Assembly: GCF_006345805.1 (NCBI RefSeq)
Contig: NC_043010.1
Location: forward strand, 47,306,001 to 47,370,000
Source of the DNA: Octopus sinensis
Lineage: Eukaryota
Length of the DNA stretch: 64,000 nucleotides
Direction of reading: 5' to 3'
The notes beneath the pieces were generated by a model. It made no database searches. It was not told where the DNA came from and worked only from the letters and a program-made list of their open reading frames with translations. Positions 1 through 14,725 of the stretch are shown here, piece after piece. The translations under genes and the position numbers were made by a program. Positions within the stretch are counted from its first letter, which is position 1. Every line of letters starts with the position of its first letter.

Positions 1-1482
1 AAGAAGGGCTGCACTAATGTTTTATCAGAGGATACCTATCTGCCACCATGAGAGGTTTTATGAAAAGAAACCTCTTGTCGTCGCTGCTGGCACTAACTGC
101 TAAGAACTGACCACCACCACTAACAATAACAACGTGGAAGAAACAAACAGTGAACTGAGTTTAGGCTAAATATATCATAAGAACAATTACAGAAGATTCT
201 TAATTACCTGGTGAAACGAAATTACATTAGGTTACTTAAGTTAATATAACCAAGCACAACCATGTTTTAGTTCAAGGTTTTCTTTCAATCAGACATAGTT
301 ACTTAGTAATAACGTTCTATAAGTGTGTGCCTGTGTGTCTGAAGAAAAGGCCACAAAAAAATCACCAACTGTGTATTGAAGAATGCAACAAAAAAAAAAA
401 AGAAGTAAAAAAAAAAGGAAAACAGAAGAAAAAAACACATAAGGAAGGGGAAATATGAACTGCAGAAGTTACAACAGGAATTTAAATATCTCTACTTATC
501 TATTTATTTGTGTGTGTGCGCGCGCGTGTGATTTATATTATCACATGGAATGAAGGAAAAGTAAATATTACAAGAATTTTTAATATTCAATGAATAGGTC
601 TGTTTTTAATTTTTTTAAAAATGCTTTAGGTAAGTGGTATGACAGTTTTTAACTATTTTAACTGAAGTACTGAAAAGTATTTTTAATGATGTTTTTCACT
701 TCACAGACACATTAATCACTGAGAAATTTTATATAAATTCATATTAATTATAAATGCACAAGTACATAAGTTACAGTTCAAAGATCTGTTACTGTTTTCT
801 GTTCAACTTGCACACATACATGCTTAAATAAACATGCCCCCCCACACACACACACAGGAATACACACATAAGCAATTAAAACAATTTATATTTGTTTTTC
901 CACATTATATATTTGAAATTTATGTAAAGGAATGTTAATTTTAAAGAGAAATGTGATGTTGAAAAATGTTATATATATTGCATACTTTTTTACTTGAAAA
1001 AAAATTTTTTTTTTTTAGATCCTTCTTTTAAGCAATAACTATTTCATATGATTGAGAATTTAGCTATAAATTTATGGAAAATTATATTTCAAACAAATCA
1101 CCGTCTTATTGTTAATTACTTTGTCATTTACTGTTAAATACTTTGTCATGAGTTTAGTATTGGTTGTTAAGCAATTTCTTGTCATTTGCATCCAAGGCAG
1201 CTTTAATCAAGCAGACCTATGATCAAAGACATCCAAATCATGACCATCATAACAATGAATAATGTGACTTCAACTATACTATCCAATCTGACATTTCAAG
1301 ATCGTAAATATGACTTGAAGAATTTAGCTGCCATTTCTAGCAGACGGACACTTCCTTATCTCATAGCTGTTTTTCAACAAGGTGACTTATTCAAAGATAT
1401 GAATAAGGGAGCCTCATATAGTCACTAAACCTGTTAGATATCTCTCTCAAATAACACAGACCTTATTGCCCTAACCCTTTAC

Positions 1483-1563
1483 CTGTCTGAAATATTTTCA
1501 TAAGTCTATCATAAACATTTATGCTTCTTTTCAGACTTTTAGTTAGCCTTTGTTTCATATATT
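1483..1563 (-). CDS. Candidate internal exon, unknown protein
   Basis: Acceptor ctttatattattcAG and donor cag|GTAAAG bound 81 nt, phase 1/1, with an open frame YMKQRLTKSLKRSINVYDRLMKIFQT(G). Confidence 0.35.
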
Positions 1564-3552
1564 CTGAATAATATAAAGTTTTCTTTTAATAAGTCCCAAG
1601 TTGCTCTGGTGGTTGAAAAGAATTGGGAATGTGCATCACAGATGATGCATGGATGTTCGGGAAATATGTCCTGTGTGTCACAAGTGGTACACGAGACAGA
1701 CAAAAGGTTAAAACAGGAAGGATACACTGGATGATAATGGCTTGTGTGCACAGTGCCTAGAAAAAGATGGAATGGTCACAACTGGAATGTCTTTTATCAT
1801 CAGGACTGACGTGAATCTAAACAACAAAAACAACCACCTAAGGCTATGCATGCAGTAGGACTAGAACTCACTGTAACCTAGGAAACCTTACCATAATAAC
1901 ATAACTATTTATTGTTGTCTTTTACACAAAACAGTGATGTTGTTATTGTTATCGATGTCATTTCAAGTCCACTTTTCTATGCTTGGGTAAAACAGAATTT
2001 GTTGAGGCAGATTTTGTACAGCTGGACACCCCTCCTGTCACCAACCTTCACTGGTTTCCAAGCAAGGTAATACTTTTTCTGTAGCTAAATGCATTTTACA
2101 CAGCAGACTGGAAATGAGCAACCTCACTTGTATGATAATGATGATGATGATGCTTATTTACAACCATCACATGATGTCTAAACAAGGGTACACACACACA
2201 CAATAGGCCTCATTCAGTTTCTGTCAACCAAATCTACTCACGAAGCTTTGATTGACCCAGGACAATCTATAGAAGACATTTGCCCAAGGTGCCATGCAGT
2301 AGGATTGAATATAACCCAAGACACTACAGTTGGGAAGCAAGCTTCTTAAAACCATACAGCCACACCTGTGCCTATTAATAACAAAAAATAACTATAGCAA
2401 AAATGAATTAACTATTGCTTTGTTGATGATAATACCACTGAAGTTGCATTTAGATCTAATATTCTAGTAAAATGGAATAAGAGTTCTGCAAATTTTCTAA
2501 CAGATTATTTGCTCAGTTAGAACTATAATATTCTATTGATTTCTGAGATCTGCTTTCGAAAGATTAATGAAAGTCTGTGTATCTGTCTATTGGAATTAAA
2601 AAGATCCAAAGACATTATCATTAGAAACCTTCCGAACAAATCTATATTGTGTGTGTGTCTGCGTGTGTAAATGTATATGTGCGCGCATCTCTGATTATGT
2701 GAGTGATTGTGTATGCATCTACATATATGTAATTATGTACATGTTAGCGTATATGTGTATATTTGAATATGTATGTGAGTGCATGTGTGTCAGTATACAT
2801 GTGTCTCTGAATACATGTGCATGTGTGTGTGTGTGCATCTACACAGAGGTTGCTCTGTTTAAACATGTGTTAGTGCATGTGTAAGTGCGGACATATGCAT
2901 GCTCTATCTCTAGGTATGCTTATGTGTGTGTGTGTGTGTCTATGTGACCTTTAGAAACCTTTTATATACATAAATAGCTGGCAGATGAGACATACATGCC
3001 ATTCTCCAAGAATATTAAACACATTCTTCAAAATCCCAACTGCTATGATCTATAACTAGATTAAGAAGGATCATCTTCATCTAGATCCGTTCATTTAATG
3101 CTCTCCCCACTATATCACTTCAAGGACCAGCTGCTCTCATACTTTAGTCTTCTCATAACAACCACTGCTGCTGCTTTCACCAAACTACTGCCACCACCAT
3201 CACAACCACCATCGCCATCTAACCACCACTTCCAGCTTTGATTGGTGTGAATGGCCTTTTCTATAAATCTACTACAGTTAGAATTCTTCTTTACCTACTC
3301 AAATTCCACACATAATGATTAATCTCTTCTTAGCACTACTTAGCAACATTCTCACAGAACTTCATCCCTCATCCATTGTTTCAAAGAATTAGTTCATCTA
3401 TTTTGTCTCAGGTAGATTTCTCCCATTATTTCCTTCAACACCTAACCTAGCCTTCTCACCCACCTATCTGAATTGAATGATCTTATTTTGTTCTTAAGAA
3501 TTACTTAGCATCAATATACTATGTCTTTCAATGAGATCCAAGTATTTTAGGG

Positions 3553-3853
3553 CAGTGGTTCTCAACCATTTTTTGCACATGGACTCCTTTGATTACTATT
3601 TTATTCTGGTGAACCCTCATCACCACTCGAAGATCAAAAATTAATTTTATAGATCTTTCTTTCAAAATTCCAATTCCGTTTTTCACACATCAAGTTGTGT
3701 ATGCTGAACTATGTAAAACATTAGAGAAAAAAACCTAGGTGGTTTTTTTTTAATAAATACATCTTAAGTAACATTTTTTTATGGACCCTACTTTTTCACC
3801 CCCAGTTTACTATTTTGCTTGTATGGACCTCCAAAAGTCTTACTGGACCACTG
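3553..3853. mobile_element. hAT-type MITE
   Basis: CAGTGGTTCTCAACC...ggACCACTG termini and an 8-bp TSD (ttttaggg / ttttagga). A related copy lies at about 47143-47378. Confidence 0.7.
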
Positions 3854-6184
3854 TTTTAGGAGAAAGTTACAGCAATGGTTTTCTGTTGCTTTTTGCCAGC
3901 TTATCTACAATTTACACAGCTAATCCGCTGCTTTCTCAAGTTTACTCTTGAAGCTCAAGGGCTATTTGGTTCTTAGGTAGAGAAATTGTTCACATGACAC
4001 CAGGACACATCCACAACTTGGTGGACCTAAGTGGCACATGTGGACTAACCCTCCTCCAAGTTCTGTATGCCTTAGCCACAGGATCATCTACAATTAAACC
4101 CATAACCTCGATAGATATTACCACCCTGGGCCAGAGCAGACCTGGGAGTAAAGGATACTAATGGTGAACTTCCGAGCTGGAACCTCATTATCAGATGCAG
4201 TTGAATGTCTTGCCCATAGTATTATTACCTTATCACAAGAATTGTCATTAGAAGAAATTCTGAAAATATATCTTTACATCAGTTTCATTGAATAAACATA
4301 ACATTATTGAGGCCAATAATGAAATGCTTAATAGCAACCTTATAAATTAAGCTTCCTGAATATTCAGATTTCAAGTGATTGTGGGTGTGTCAGTTTATGT
4401 CGAAATTCTTTGTATGATCAGTGTTGTAGATATTACCATTTTATCTTTAATGTGAACTAGTCTAAAATTTAGAGACAGCAGAGTATTTGCTGAGGGAGAT
4501 TTAGTTGGTATATTGAACAGATTAAGAACTTATGTAGAAGTTCCCCCATCTTGTTTATAGAAGAAGAGTGTTATAACATGTTCTTAATTTTCTTTTTGAA
4601 GGCTGAACACAGTTCTAGTAATTGTTTTGGATGGCCAAAGTCAGTTGTGATGGAGACAATCTTGTTCTCTTTTAATGTTATTTGTCTTAACAAGAAAAGC
4701 AATAAACTTAGATTTTTCTAGGTCTTCTACATTACTTTAAATGGATCAATATTATAGAATCAGTGTAAAACATCTTGTATTCAAACTCCTCAATTCACAG
4801 TACCACTTATTCCAACTCCTCTATTTGTAACTAGACTAACATATCACATACACAGCCAATGAGATTCATCTACTTTTAGCACTATAACCTGCAAGTTTGA
4901 GTTTAAAGGCTATAGTTATGCTGCTGTAGATCTTTTATATTATTTATTAAAGTAGTTACAAACAAACACTAGACAAAACAAAATTTTAAAACAGACTGTT
5001 TTTGTCCAAAGGTTAAAAGGATATGAAAATAATAAACTATAAAAATATGATAAAAGAGCATCAGGAACATATATATATTAAACAGAGAGGGACAAAACTA
5101 TTTTTAGCACAACATAATAGCCAATTTCCTTACATAAATATTTAAAGAAAGTTTTGGTATAAAAACAGGATTTGAGATAAGGTTATTATGTTTAGATTTA
5201 TGAATGTATTTATGAAAAAACAAATAAATAAATAAGTTTTTAGTCTAACACAGCAAATATAACACAGACCAGACTGGTCTGCTATAGTTTTGATGTCCAG
5301 TAATAGAGTTTTAGCAAGGTTGACTGAGAAGTGCATAATAATATATAGCAGTTTATGTTTTGCTGAGCAGTTAGACATTTTTCTCTAGCTAATATAGCAT
5401 TTGAATTTGGACTTAAAGTTAATTTTCAGCACCTGTTCTTTATTTAAAAAAAAAGAGTATCTGAAAAGATATAACATGAATTTCTTAATCAGAAGTTATT
5501 TAAGGTAGCTTTAAGCATTAATGGATTAGATCATTCATTCATTTGCTTATTTGTCATCATCATAAGTTTTGCTAAAAAAAGATTTTTTTCAATATAGACT
5601 GGATAACTTAGCAAACTCGGGCAGCTGAGTCAAATATTCAATCATTAATATTAAAGCTGAATTTTTATCCTTATATATTTAACCACAAAACAGCCACTTT
5701 ATACACCACTCCATGTAGACCAAAAGCAAAGTCAAATTTACTTCTTTCATACCAATCAGATCTCTATAAAAACTGGTGTTTAGTTTGTTTTCATTAACAT
5801 TAAAGCAAATGAGAAAGAAATCTACCTCTGAACTAGACACTAATCTAATGAAGATAACTTTCTCTAACAAAGATCAAAATTACGAAACAGTAGAATGGAA
5901 ACCACGAAGCAATACATGCAAATATATTTCTCAACTTTCCACCTTCCAAGCTGTAGCTACTGAATCCGGTTCCTTGTTAATACAGTCTCTACCAACTTTT
6001 CAAAATCCTCCTGCCTGTCAATCCACAACTTAAAGGATTCTGTAAGCTGCTTTATCACACAGAAAGTCACCAGAAGTGCTGCTCACTTGGCCACACTGTA
6101 GTTAATCAAACATCCTTCCAAATCCTCTTCTTTCACTCTGTCAATCTCATACATTATACTTACAGTCATAAAATACAAAAATAT

Positions 6185-6450
6185 CTCTGATCATGCTAAT
6201 CCAGCAAAGGAACTAGTCACAATGGTGTTCATATCATAAATAAAGCAACCCAGAGCTGGCACTTATCCTGGCCAAAGTCTATAAGCTTTTTCTCTTTACA
6301 AAGATCCATTTCAACCTTTAGAAGGATGTTACCATGCATACTATTCACCAAAAAGAGCCAACCTCTCTGAGCCAGCCGACTAATACCCAATTGCCAGAAT
6401 ATCAACAACAAATGCCAACATCATCACTATTTCTCTCAAGTGGTGACAAG
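6185..6450 (+). mobile_element. CR1/L2/Jockey-like RT fragment
   Basis: Decayed PELALILAKVYKL (APELAPILAKLF-like) after a PAK..S..GV segment. Confidence 0.45.
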
Positions 6451-6807
6451 CATGTAATATTAACATTCACAGACATACATACACAGACTTCCTGCAGTTT
6501 CCATTTCTCAAATTCACTCATAAGGCATCAGTTGGGCTAGGGCTACAGTAGAAAACACTTAACCAAGGTACCATGCAGTAGGACCAAAACCAAAACTTCC
6601 TAACTACACACCCATGCTAGTCTTTTTATAGTAAAGTAGTGTATGTAATTCATTTGATGAATAAATGTGTCAATGAGTAACATCAGAGAAAATTGGTATG
6701 GAGAATGGGTCTGAATTATGTATCAGTTTACAGAGATTCACTAGTGCATGCATCCTTGTGTACATATTATATATACTCAACGGACGCTAAACGATGATGA
6801 TGATATA

Positions 6808-7667
6808 CGAGGAGGTACCCAAAGTAACTGGCAATGTTCTCCATTGCAGTTCAGGCTTCTGCCAATAGAAGTCACTTGATGTGACCCTCAGGCATCAGTA
6901 TGCCGACTGGCATTGTTGAGTGAAGTCATACTGCCACATGGTGCAACTTTGCAGTGCTTCGCCCCTGTTCGTCAATTTTTGCAATGGCTGAAACAAAGGA
7001 ACAGTGTGCTTCCATGAAATTCTGTTTTCTACTGGGGAATACAGTGGCTGAAACAATTGCCATGCTTCAAACAACTTACAAGACACTGTGCCATGAGCAA
7101 AACATGAGTTTACGAGTGGTTTTCATGCTTTAGGAATGGTTGCTTGTCGATTGAAGACCAATCTTGTTCAGGGAATCCATCAACCTCCTGAACAAATGAA
7201 AACATTATGAAAATTCATGAACTGATATTGGAGGACCATCACTGAACAATTGACAAACTTGTTGATATGACTGGTGTGTCCTGGAGCTCCAGCCAATAAT
7301 TTTGAGCAAGGAATTGTGAATGAAAAGAGTTGCAGCAAAGTCTGTGTCTCACTTGCTCATGGAAGATCAAAAGCTGTCATGACTGAATGTGTGTTGTGAA
7401 CTAAAACAATAGTTGGAAATTGATTTGGATCTTTTTTCAAAGGTCATCACTGGTGATGAAAGCTGGTGCTATGGAATTTGCAGATGCGGAAGTGTTAAAA
7501 GGCATCATTTTGCAAGAGTTCCAGCACTGCTTCGAACAGTGGAAAACGCATTTGGGCTGATCCGTTGCTTCAACTGGAGAATACTTTGAAGATGATAAAT
7601 GTACAAATAAAACTAAGTGAATAAAATAATATTGCAAAATTCTGGTTTCTTTTTGGTTGGCCCCTCG
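6808..7667 (+). mobile_element. Internally deleted mariner transposon
   Basis: TA|CGAGG..acc and ggcccCTCG|TA termini. Decayed transposase reads MAETKEQCASMKFCFLLG...VITGDESWCYG, then jumps to the C-terminal EFQHCFEQW..STGEYFE. Confidence 0.85.
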
Positions 7668-10578
7668 TATACTCAGATGAAGTGGTAAGAAAGGATCTTC
7701 AGACATTAGGCCTCACAGAGGGGATGACTAGGGGCTGAGACCTCTTGTGGTTTGCTATGCTTGAGAAGACATGTCAAGCTAAGTAAAATTGTGGCTGTCT
7801 TTGCATACAGACACGTCCCCTATATCCCTCTTCAACTGAGTGATCTTAACCTTTGCAGGATTGTGGGTGCTGGTGTCACATAAAAAGTACCTGTGCCAGT
7901 GCTACCCATCCTGGTGCCATGTGAAAGCACTGGTGCCATGTAAAAACACCCAGTACACTCTCTAAGGTGGTTGGCATTAGGAAAGGCATCCAGCCCATAG
8001 AAACCATGCCAAGACAGACAGACACGGAGCCTAGGCAGCTCTTCAGCTGGCCATTTTCTGTCAAGCTGTCAAACCCATGCAAAACGGACATTAAATAATG
8101 ATGAGGATGATGATAATCTGCTTACAGGAATCACTGTTTCTAAAAAAATATTGCTTCTTAAAGCATGGATCATTCAAAGTATAATCCATTAGGAAGAAAA
8201 AAAACATAAAAACTTGTGCAAACAAGATATCAAATGCAAACAATTTGACAAATCACTCTTTAGAGAAATTTAATTGAATTGAGATGTGATGTGGCTGCTG
8301 ACATGTTCTTAGACAATAAATGTTGGTTGATTGATTGATTGGAATCTTTCATTGGCACTGATCAAATAAAGAATGGTATACAATCAAGAAATAGCCATTA
8401 TAATACTTGCAGAAAAAAAACAAGTCATTTTTATATGTGGTTCAGCATACTCCTGGTTTAATTAGCTTTCTAGTTGAAACCAATTTCACATTTATGCTGA
8501 GCTAGTCAATCTTTGATAGGTTTATATCATAGACTATTTTATAATAGCACCCAAGATGGTACAGCAGTGACTGATGATAAGACTTTAAGTATGAAATTTT
8601 TAATAAGCTCAAGACTTTCTCAAAAGTATCACTATTTAGTAGAAATGGAGAATAAAAAAAAAATTATAGGTCCCAGCAGCATGTATCCATTTTAGCAGGA
8701 AAATATGTCCTGAGTTTATCCAGGATATTGACAATAGGTCCAGGACATCAATAATAGCTTCAGTTGGTTCACTGTCGAGCAGCTCAAGTTGATGGGATCT
8801 AGACATGTGGTGTATAAAGATAGAGGGCAGTCCAGCAAGACCAGGGAGAACAGTCATATTAAGAACAATTGCTGTGAAGTTAAAAAAAAATTAAAAACTA
8901 CAATTAATATTCAGTAGATTTGGAGGAACTTCATTATTTTCCTCAAAGCCTCTATCAGAGGAAAACTTAAACTGGAGTTTTAGGTGAGCAGGGATTTATC
9001 AGACTGGAAGCATGAAACTTCCATAGTAATCAGTGTACCACTTTCAAATTCTTTCAGTCTGTCTATTTTAAGATCTAGTGGAATAAATAAAGACTGTTAA
9101 ATCTCTTGGTGATTTATGCTAGTTTTTAGAATAACAAATTTAGCTAATGGGATAATTGTCCCTGAAAGTAGAAAGGAAGAAGAACAAATATATATGGTAA
9201 ACAAGTAACTTAGTATGTGTCATGTATATTTATTACAGTGTTTCTACAGCTGGATGCCCTTCCTAACGCCAACCACTCCGTGAAAGCACCCACTACACTC
9301 ACGGAGTGGTTGGCGTTAGGAAGGGCATCCAGCTGTAGAAACACTGCCAGATCAGACTGGAGTCTGGTGCAGCCTCCTGGCTTCCCAGACCCCGGTCAAA
9401 CTGTCCAACCTGTGCTAGCACAGAAAACGGATGTTAAATGATGATGATGATGATGTATATAAATATCATCATCATCATCATTTGTTAATGTCCATTCTCT
9501 ATGCCAGCATGGGTTGGACAGTTTGACAGGAGTTGATCAGCTGGAGAGCTGCCCAGGCTCCATTTGTTTGTTTTTGAATGGTTTCTATGGCTGGATATCC
9601 TTCCTAATGCTGACCACTTCACAGAGTGCACTGGGTGCCTTTATGTGGCACTGGCACAGATGCTTTTACACAGCACTAGCACAGGCACTTTTACATGGCA
9701 CCACCACAAGTGCTTTTATTGTGGCACCGGCACGAGCGCTTTTACATAGCACTGGCATGGGTGTTTTTAAACAACACCAGCACAGATACTTTTATATGCC
9801 ACCAACACCCATGAGCCCACAACACTAAGATCTATTACCTGAGAGAGTGATGTAGAAGACATGCCTGTATGCAAGGATATCCATGATTTTACTTAGCTTG
9901 GTGTATCTTATAAATATACAATGTATAATACACACATACAATGTATATTTTATATCTAAGGCACAATGGGTATGTGATTAAGTTACCAGGTTATTGACTT
10001 CACAGGCATAAATTCAAATTTAGCTATAGTTATTGGGTTGTGTTCTTGAGCAAAGTGCATAATTCTGATTGCCTTCAAATCAGCTTGATCGCAATGAGCT
10101 CCTTTGCTTACTTCACATACAAGTGGCTGGCAGTGTCTAAAGGTGTCCAGCTATAAAATAAATTGCTCCAACAGTATCCAAAATTTAAATGTGGAAAAAT
10201 GGAGATAAAACAGTGGAAAAGAGGAACTATTATCTAATAACAAGAATTTTGTAGAATACATCAAATATGACAAGTGAAATAATGTTGGTCTATTTATTTT
10301 TTTTCCTTGATTCCAAATCAATCATTAATGATCATATTTGCTAGTAATGTAATGCTTATTTGCTCTATTACTGGCAGATCAAGGTAGATCGAGCAACATT
10401 GATCAGGTGCCTCAGTATTGTGTTATAAAATGTCAATAGTCAGAGTCTATATGATAAACTTGTGTTTCCTGTTGAAATGAGTATAATATTTAGATACAGC
10501 CATAGAATCATTGTTTTAGTAGTAGTGTATTCAAACACCCACCCACACCCCTACACATATCTGCATACACACTCACAT

Positions 10579-10626
<48 letters not shown>

Positions 10627-10941
10627 AAGACACTGAAACACATCAATGAGAAAACTGAAGCTAATATTTTTCCTTTCTAGCCGATTAAAGCATCATATAA
10701 TGAAATAATGATTTATTCAGTATACGCAAATAGCTTTGGCTAGGATTCAGTAGAGATCATTAACGGATGGTTGGCAAACAATATACGAAAAAGATAAAAA
10801 CAAAAGACTAAATAAATAAAAGATAACCCACACACCCTCAAAACACATGCCATCTATCACAAACTGCCCGTGTCAGCATTTGCTGCAAAGGCAGTTGATG
10901 AGAGCAAAGTGTGAAGAAAATGAAGAACAAGTTTATCCAAT

Positions 10942-11002
10942 TTATTGGGTGAAGACCTCCACTGCTCTGAGGAAAGCTTTGTCAACAGGAGGTTTGATCA
11001 AT
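10942..11002 (-). CDS. Candidate terminal exon
   Basis: Acceptor ggtttctccatcAG. The phase-2 frame gives LIKPPVDKAFLRAVEVFTQ-stop, phase-compatible with the 43.3- and 33.0-kb donors. UTR-like sequence follows, with AATAAA near 10715. Confidence 0.3.
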
Positions 11003-13569
11003 CTGATGGAGAAACCATTCAATATCAAAATATAGAATCATTAGTATAACACTCCAGCCTCTGGCATGTAGTTGCATTGTCTGATACTATTATGGCCTAT
11101 GCTCCTTGGAGTTAGGTGGGCTTGTGCCAACTTCGCTTAGTGATTCTCTTCCCCTCATCACCTCTGTTGTATCTATCCCACTCCCAAGCCTGCACTAGCC
11201 ACTACATGCACCCCTTCCTTCCCAAAACCTCAACCTTCAGGAAATTCCCTTACTGCTCATGTCTTTCATACAAATGCTGACTTGCAAAAGTTAAAGAGGA
11301 ACTCTAATGGCATCAATCTTATTGGTTTGAGAGGACCTGTAAAGACTATTGGCATTATCCCTTCCTCCAGACCCAGCAACTGAAAACAAAAAGCCTAATG
11401 GGTAATTAGCATGGCTCTTAAAATTTTTACATTCCGAGTTCAAATCCTAGTAAATTAAATTTTGCCTTTCGTCCTTCCAGGGTGGATAAGTAGTTAAAAT
11501 CAAGTGCCAGCAAGGTACTAAGTCAATATATATCCCTAAAACAGATCCTAGATATGAATGGATAAAATCAGTGAAATCAGTTAAATATAATTTTATAGGA
11601 AGTCTAAAACAATGCCTAAAACTATGTAGACTAAAAGTGTATGAGTTCATCCATACACACCTATGCATGTGTGTGTACATATGCATGCATGTATGTGTTT
11701 ACTTTATATCATTGTTCTTTGCTCTCTTTTTTTTATACACCTCTCTTCCATTCCACCCTCACATCTAATCACCTCACTTTTCTCCTTTTTCCTTCACTCT
11801 TCATGGCTTATCTTTTTATTCTTTTATTGCTTGCTCCTTCCATTCAATTTATTTTCACTTATAAATTAACAGGCTAAGATTTTAAATGAAATGGTATAAG
11901 GCATTATAAGCACCAAAACAGATCAACAGGTACACCAACATCAGTAGACTTGTGAACTCTCTTTTTTTTTTTTCCATTGCAAATTGTAGCTTATAACACT
12001 TAATACCACTGCGTTCATTTTATTTTTAGTAATTCTCTCATTCAGTTACATTTAGTCCCCAGTGACTTTGCAAATAGAAGCAAATTTTGAAATTTTGAAA
12101 GCTGCTTGTTGATTCACACTGTTCTATGACAAAAGAGTTTTAAACTGCCATTAAGAAAACAGGTCCAGAAACACACCAAATAAGTAAGAAATGACAAGAG
12201 CACTCTTCCTTCGATTTTTTGTATAGGCTTGTGGTCTCACATTTATAGGGGTTAAAGAGAATTTGTAATTCTCATTCCTTTCTTAAAAGTATTATTGGAA
12301 TAAGACCATTTATTTTATATTGCAAGCAGACATCCTCAACTTAGAGTCTTCCTCTTCAGAGCCAGAAAATACTTCAGCCCCAAAACTACTGAACCTTAGC
12401 AAAACTCAAGAAAAACCCACAATGGAATAATATTCACACATGTGGGCTAGTGGATCTACTTCACACAAAGACATACATCCAACGAAAAGCTACTTGACTG
12501 ATTGGTATCAAATCATACACATATACACCCAATCTCTGGTTCACAAAATGCTGCAGTTTCTCATTTTGCCTTTTCTAGTGCTACTAATGTTGGAGATGCT
12601 GCACAGCAGTGACTGGATTCGGAATCACTTTCAACTGGGCACTCCTGATTTGATTGTTTCACCTCCTCTTATTCTCCATATTGTGTCCTGACCCTCCCGC
12701 CAAAATCATTTCTCCCCATGGTTTCAGCCCTCTGCAGTTCCCTCCCTGAAATTGTTGACTTCCATCAGGTCAAGTGAAATATCAACAGTGTCAATCTCAC
12801 TGGTCATGGAGGGCACAAAAAGTGCAGCCCTTTCCTCCAAAACAGCCTAAGACCTAATCAATGTTTAAAAAGCAGTAAAGATGTGAAACCACTGAGATGT
12901 GATACTAACAGATATTAAGATCACAAAACTAACAATTACAGGTTAGCATAAATAATGTGAAAAAAAAAAAAAGAAAATTGGATTGTTGATATGATGTTTG
13001 TATAAAGAACAAAGAATCAGGTTTGTTGCTTTTCAAATAATGAATGCTTCAAAATGAAGATAACTTCTTGAGATTATATGATCTTCAAAGGAAGATTATA
13101 TCAAAGCAGTTTCTCCATAGTGTTTCTCAAACAAATATAACACAAGATAGTGTGTTCTTTTAACAGCTGGATCATCTAACGAATGTAGAATTTATCCCCA
13201 CTCAGTAATACAACAAAACACTTGTATCATAGTTTGAACTCATGAGTTATGAACTGCTAACCAAATATTTTATCTACTTGGCTATTTCATCACTTTTATG
13301 GTACTTTTGTTTTGGAAGTTCATATTTTTTTTAGTTCAAATATTGTAAATATTGATTTTACTATTTCATATTTCCTTATAAGAATAAAATAATCAGACAG
13401 AAATGCTGAGGGGTTGATTCTATTAGTTATATACTTTTCTTCTTACAGAATGTTTCTCATAATTGGTCAAAGGAAATCATTGATTAATTGACGACAATTC
13501 ACTCAGCTGGGAAGACAAAAAGATAGAAAGGAAATCGTCAATACCATTTGAAGCTGGTAGTATATATCA

Positions 13570-13601
<32 letters not shown>

Positions 13602-14074
13602 AAGAGAGAGAGTTAATGTGCGTGCAGTTCTGGTACCATACTACAGATTATAGCCAATGATAAAAGTACAATTTTTCAATGCTATTCCAATTTAAGGAAG
13701 GTGAAGAGAGATGAAAAAAAAAAGAGATTTCATATAAAAACTTGCTAAATGCTAAATTCAGGCTTGCCTCCAAGTGTTCATGAATTGCTTGCACCAATAC
13801 AAAACAAGAGAAAGAAAGATTATCGAAAAAGAAAAAAAAAATAACAAAACAGATGCTGACTTGACTGACAGTCAGACAAACAGGTTGATGGTGAAAGCAA
13901 AGAGGATCTATTGAAAGTCAAACCAAGCAAGACACACAACCTGTCTGGTCGAAAAGATAGATATTAAATTACTAGTACTTAATGGTGTTTTGTTGCAGTA
14001 CTACAATGCGCTATAGAACATACATATACGTACTGTACTACAGAACATACATAAGACCACTAGGCCACGTGCCC

Positions 14075-14260
14075 TGTGAGGGCATGTGGCTTAGTGCTTA
14101 GGGTGTTGCACTCATGGTCACAAGATCGTGGCTTCAATTCCTGGACCTGGCAATCCATTGTATTTTTGAGTAAAATACCTCTTTTTATACTGCTCTACAA
14201 TCACTTCAACATTTGATGTATGGCACACCATGCACTTGTATATAGGACTTGTATATAGGT
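14075..14260 (+). repeat. Second tRNA-derived SINE family
   Basis: Head gcatgtggcttagtgcttagggtgttgcactcatggtcacaagatcgtggcttcaattcc. A related copy lies at about 24245-24490. Confidence 0.55.
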
Positions 14261-14305
14261 AATGTTGATTTGATAGAAGGAGTGAACTATCACATAACAC
14301 AAACA

Positions 14306-14504
14306 TTTACTCTTTTACTCGTTTCAGTCATTTGACTGCAGCCATGCTGGAGCACTGCCTTTAGTTGAGCAAATCGACCCTAGGACTTATTCTTTGTAAG
14401 CCTAGTACTTATTCTCTCTTTTGTCGAACCACTAAGTTACGGGGATGTAAAAACACCAGCATCGGTTGTCAAGTGATGTTGGGGGAACAAACACAGACAC
14501 ACAA

Positions 14505-14545
<41 letters not shown>

Positions 14546-14725
14546 CACATATACATATATACGACTGGCTTCTTTCAGTTTCCGTCTACCAAATCCACTC
14601 ACAAGGCTTTGGTCGGCCCGAGGCTATAGTTGAAGACACTTGCCCAAGGTGCCACACAGTGGGACTGAACCCGGAACCATGTGCTTGGTAAGCAAGCTAC
14701 TTACCACACAGCCACTCCTGCACCT
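14306..14725 (-). repeat. Same CORE-type SINE, full-length
   Basis: Reverse complement of the 20825-21230 family along its whole length. Confidence 0.85.

Noticed and set aside
2996-3049. Possible 54-nt exon IIAVGILKNVFNILGEWH on the - strand
   Set aside because: A competing AG lies 6 nt upstream, and the phase does not fit the neighbouring candidates.
8571-8600. CTGATGA...GAAA string
   Set aside because: No supporting helices; expected by chance in AT-rich DNA.
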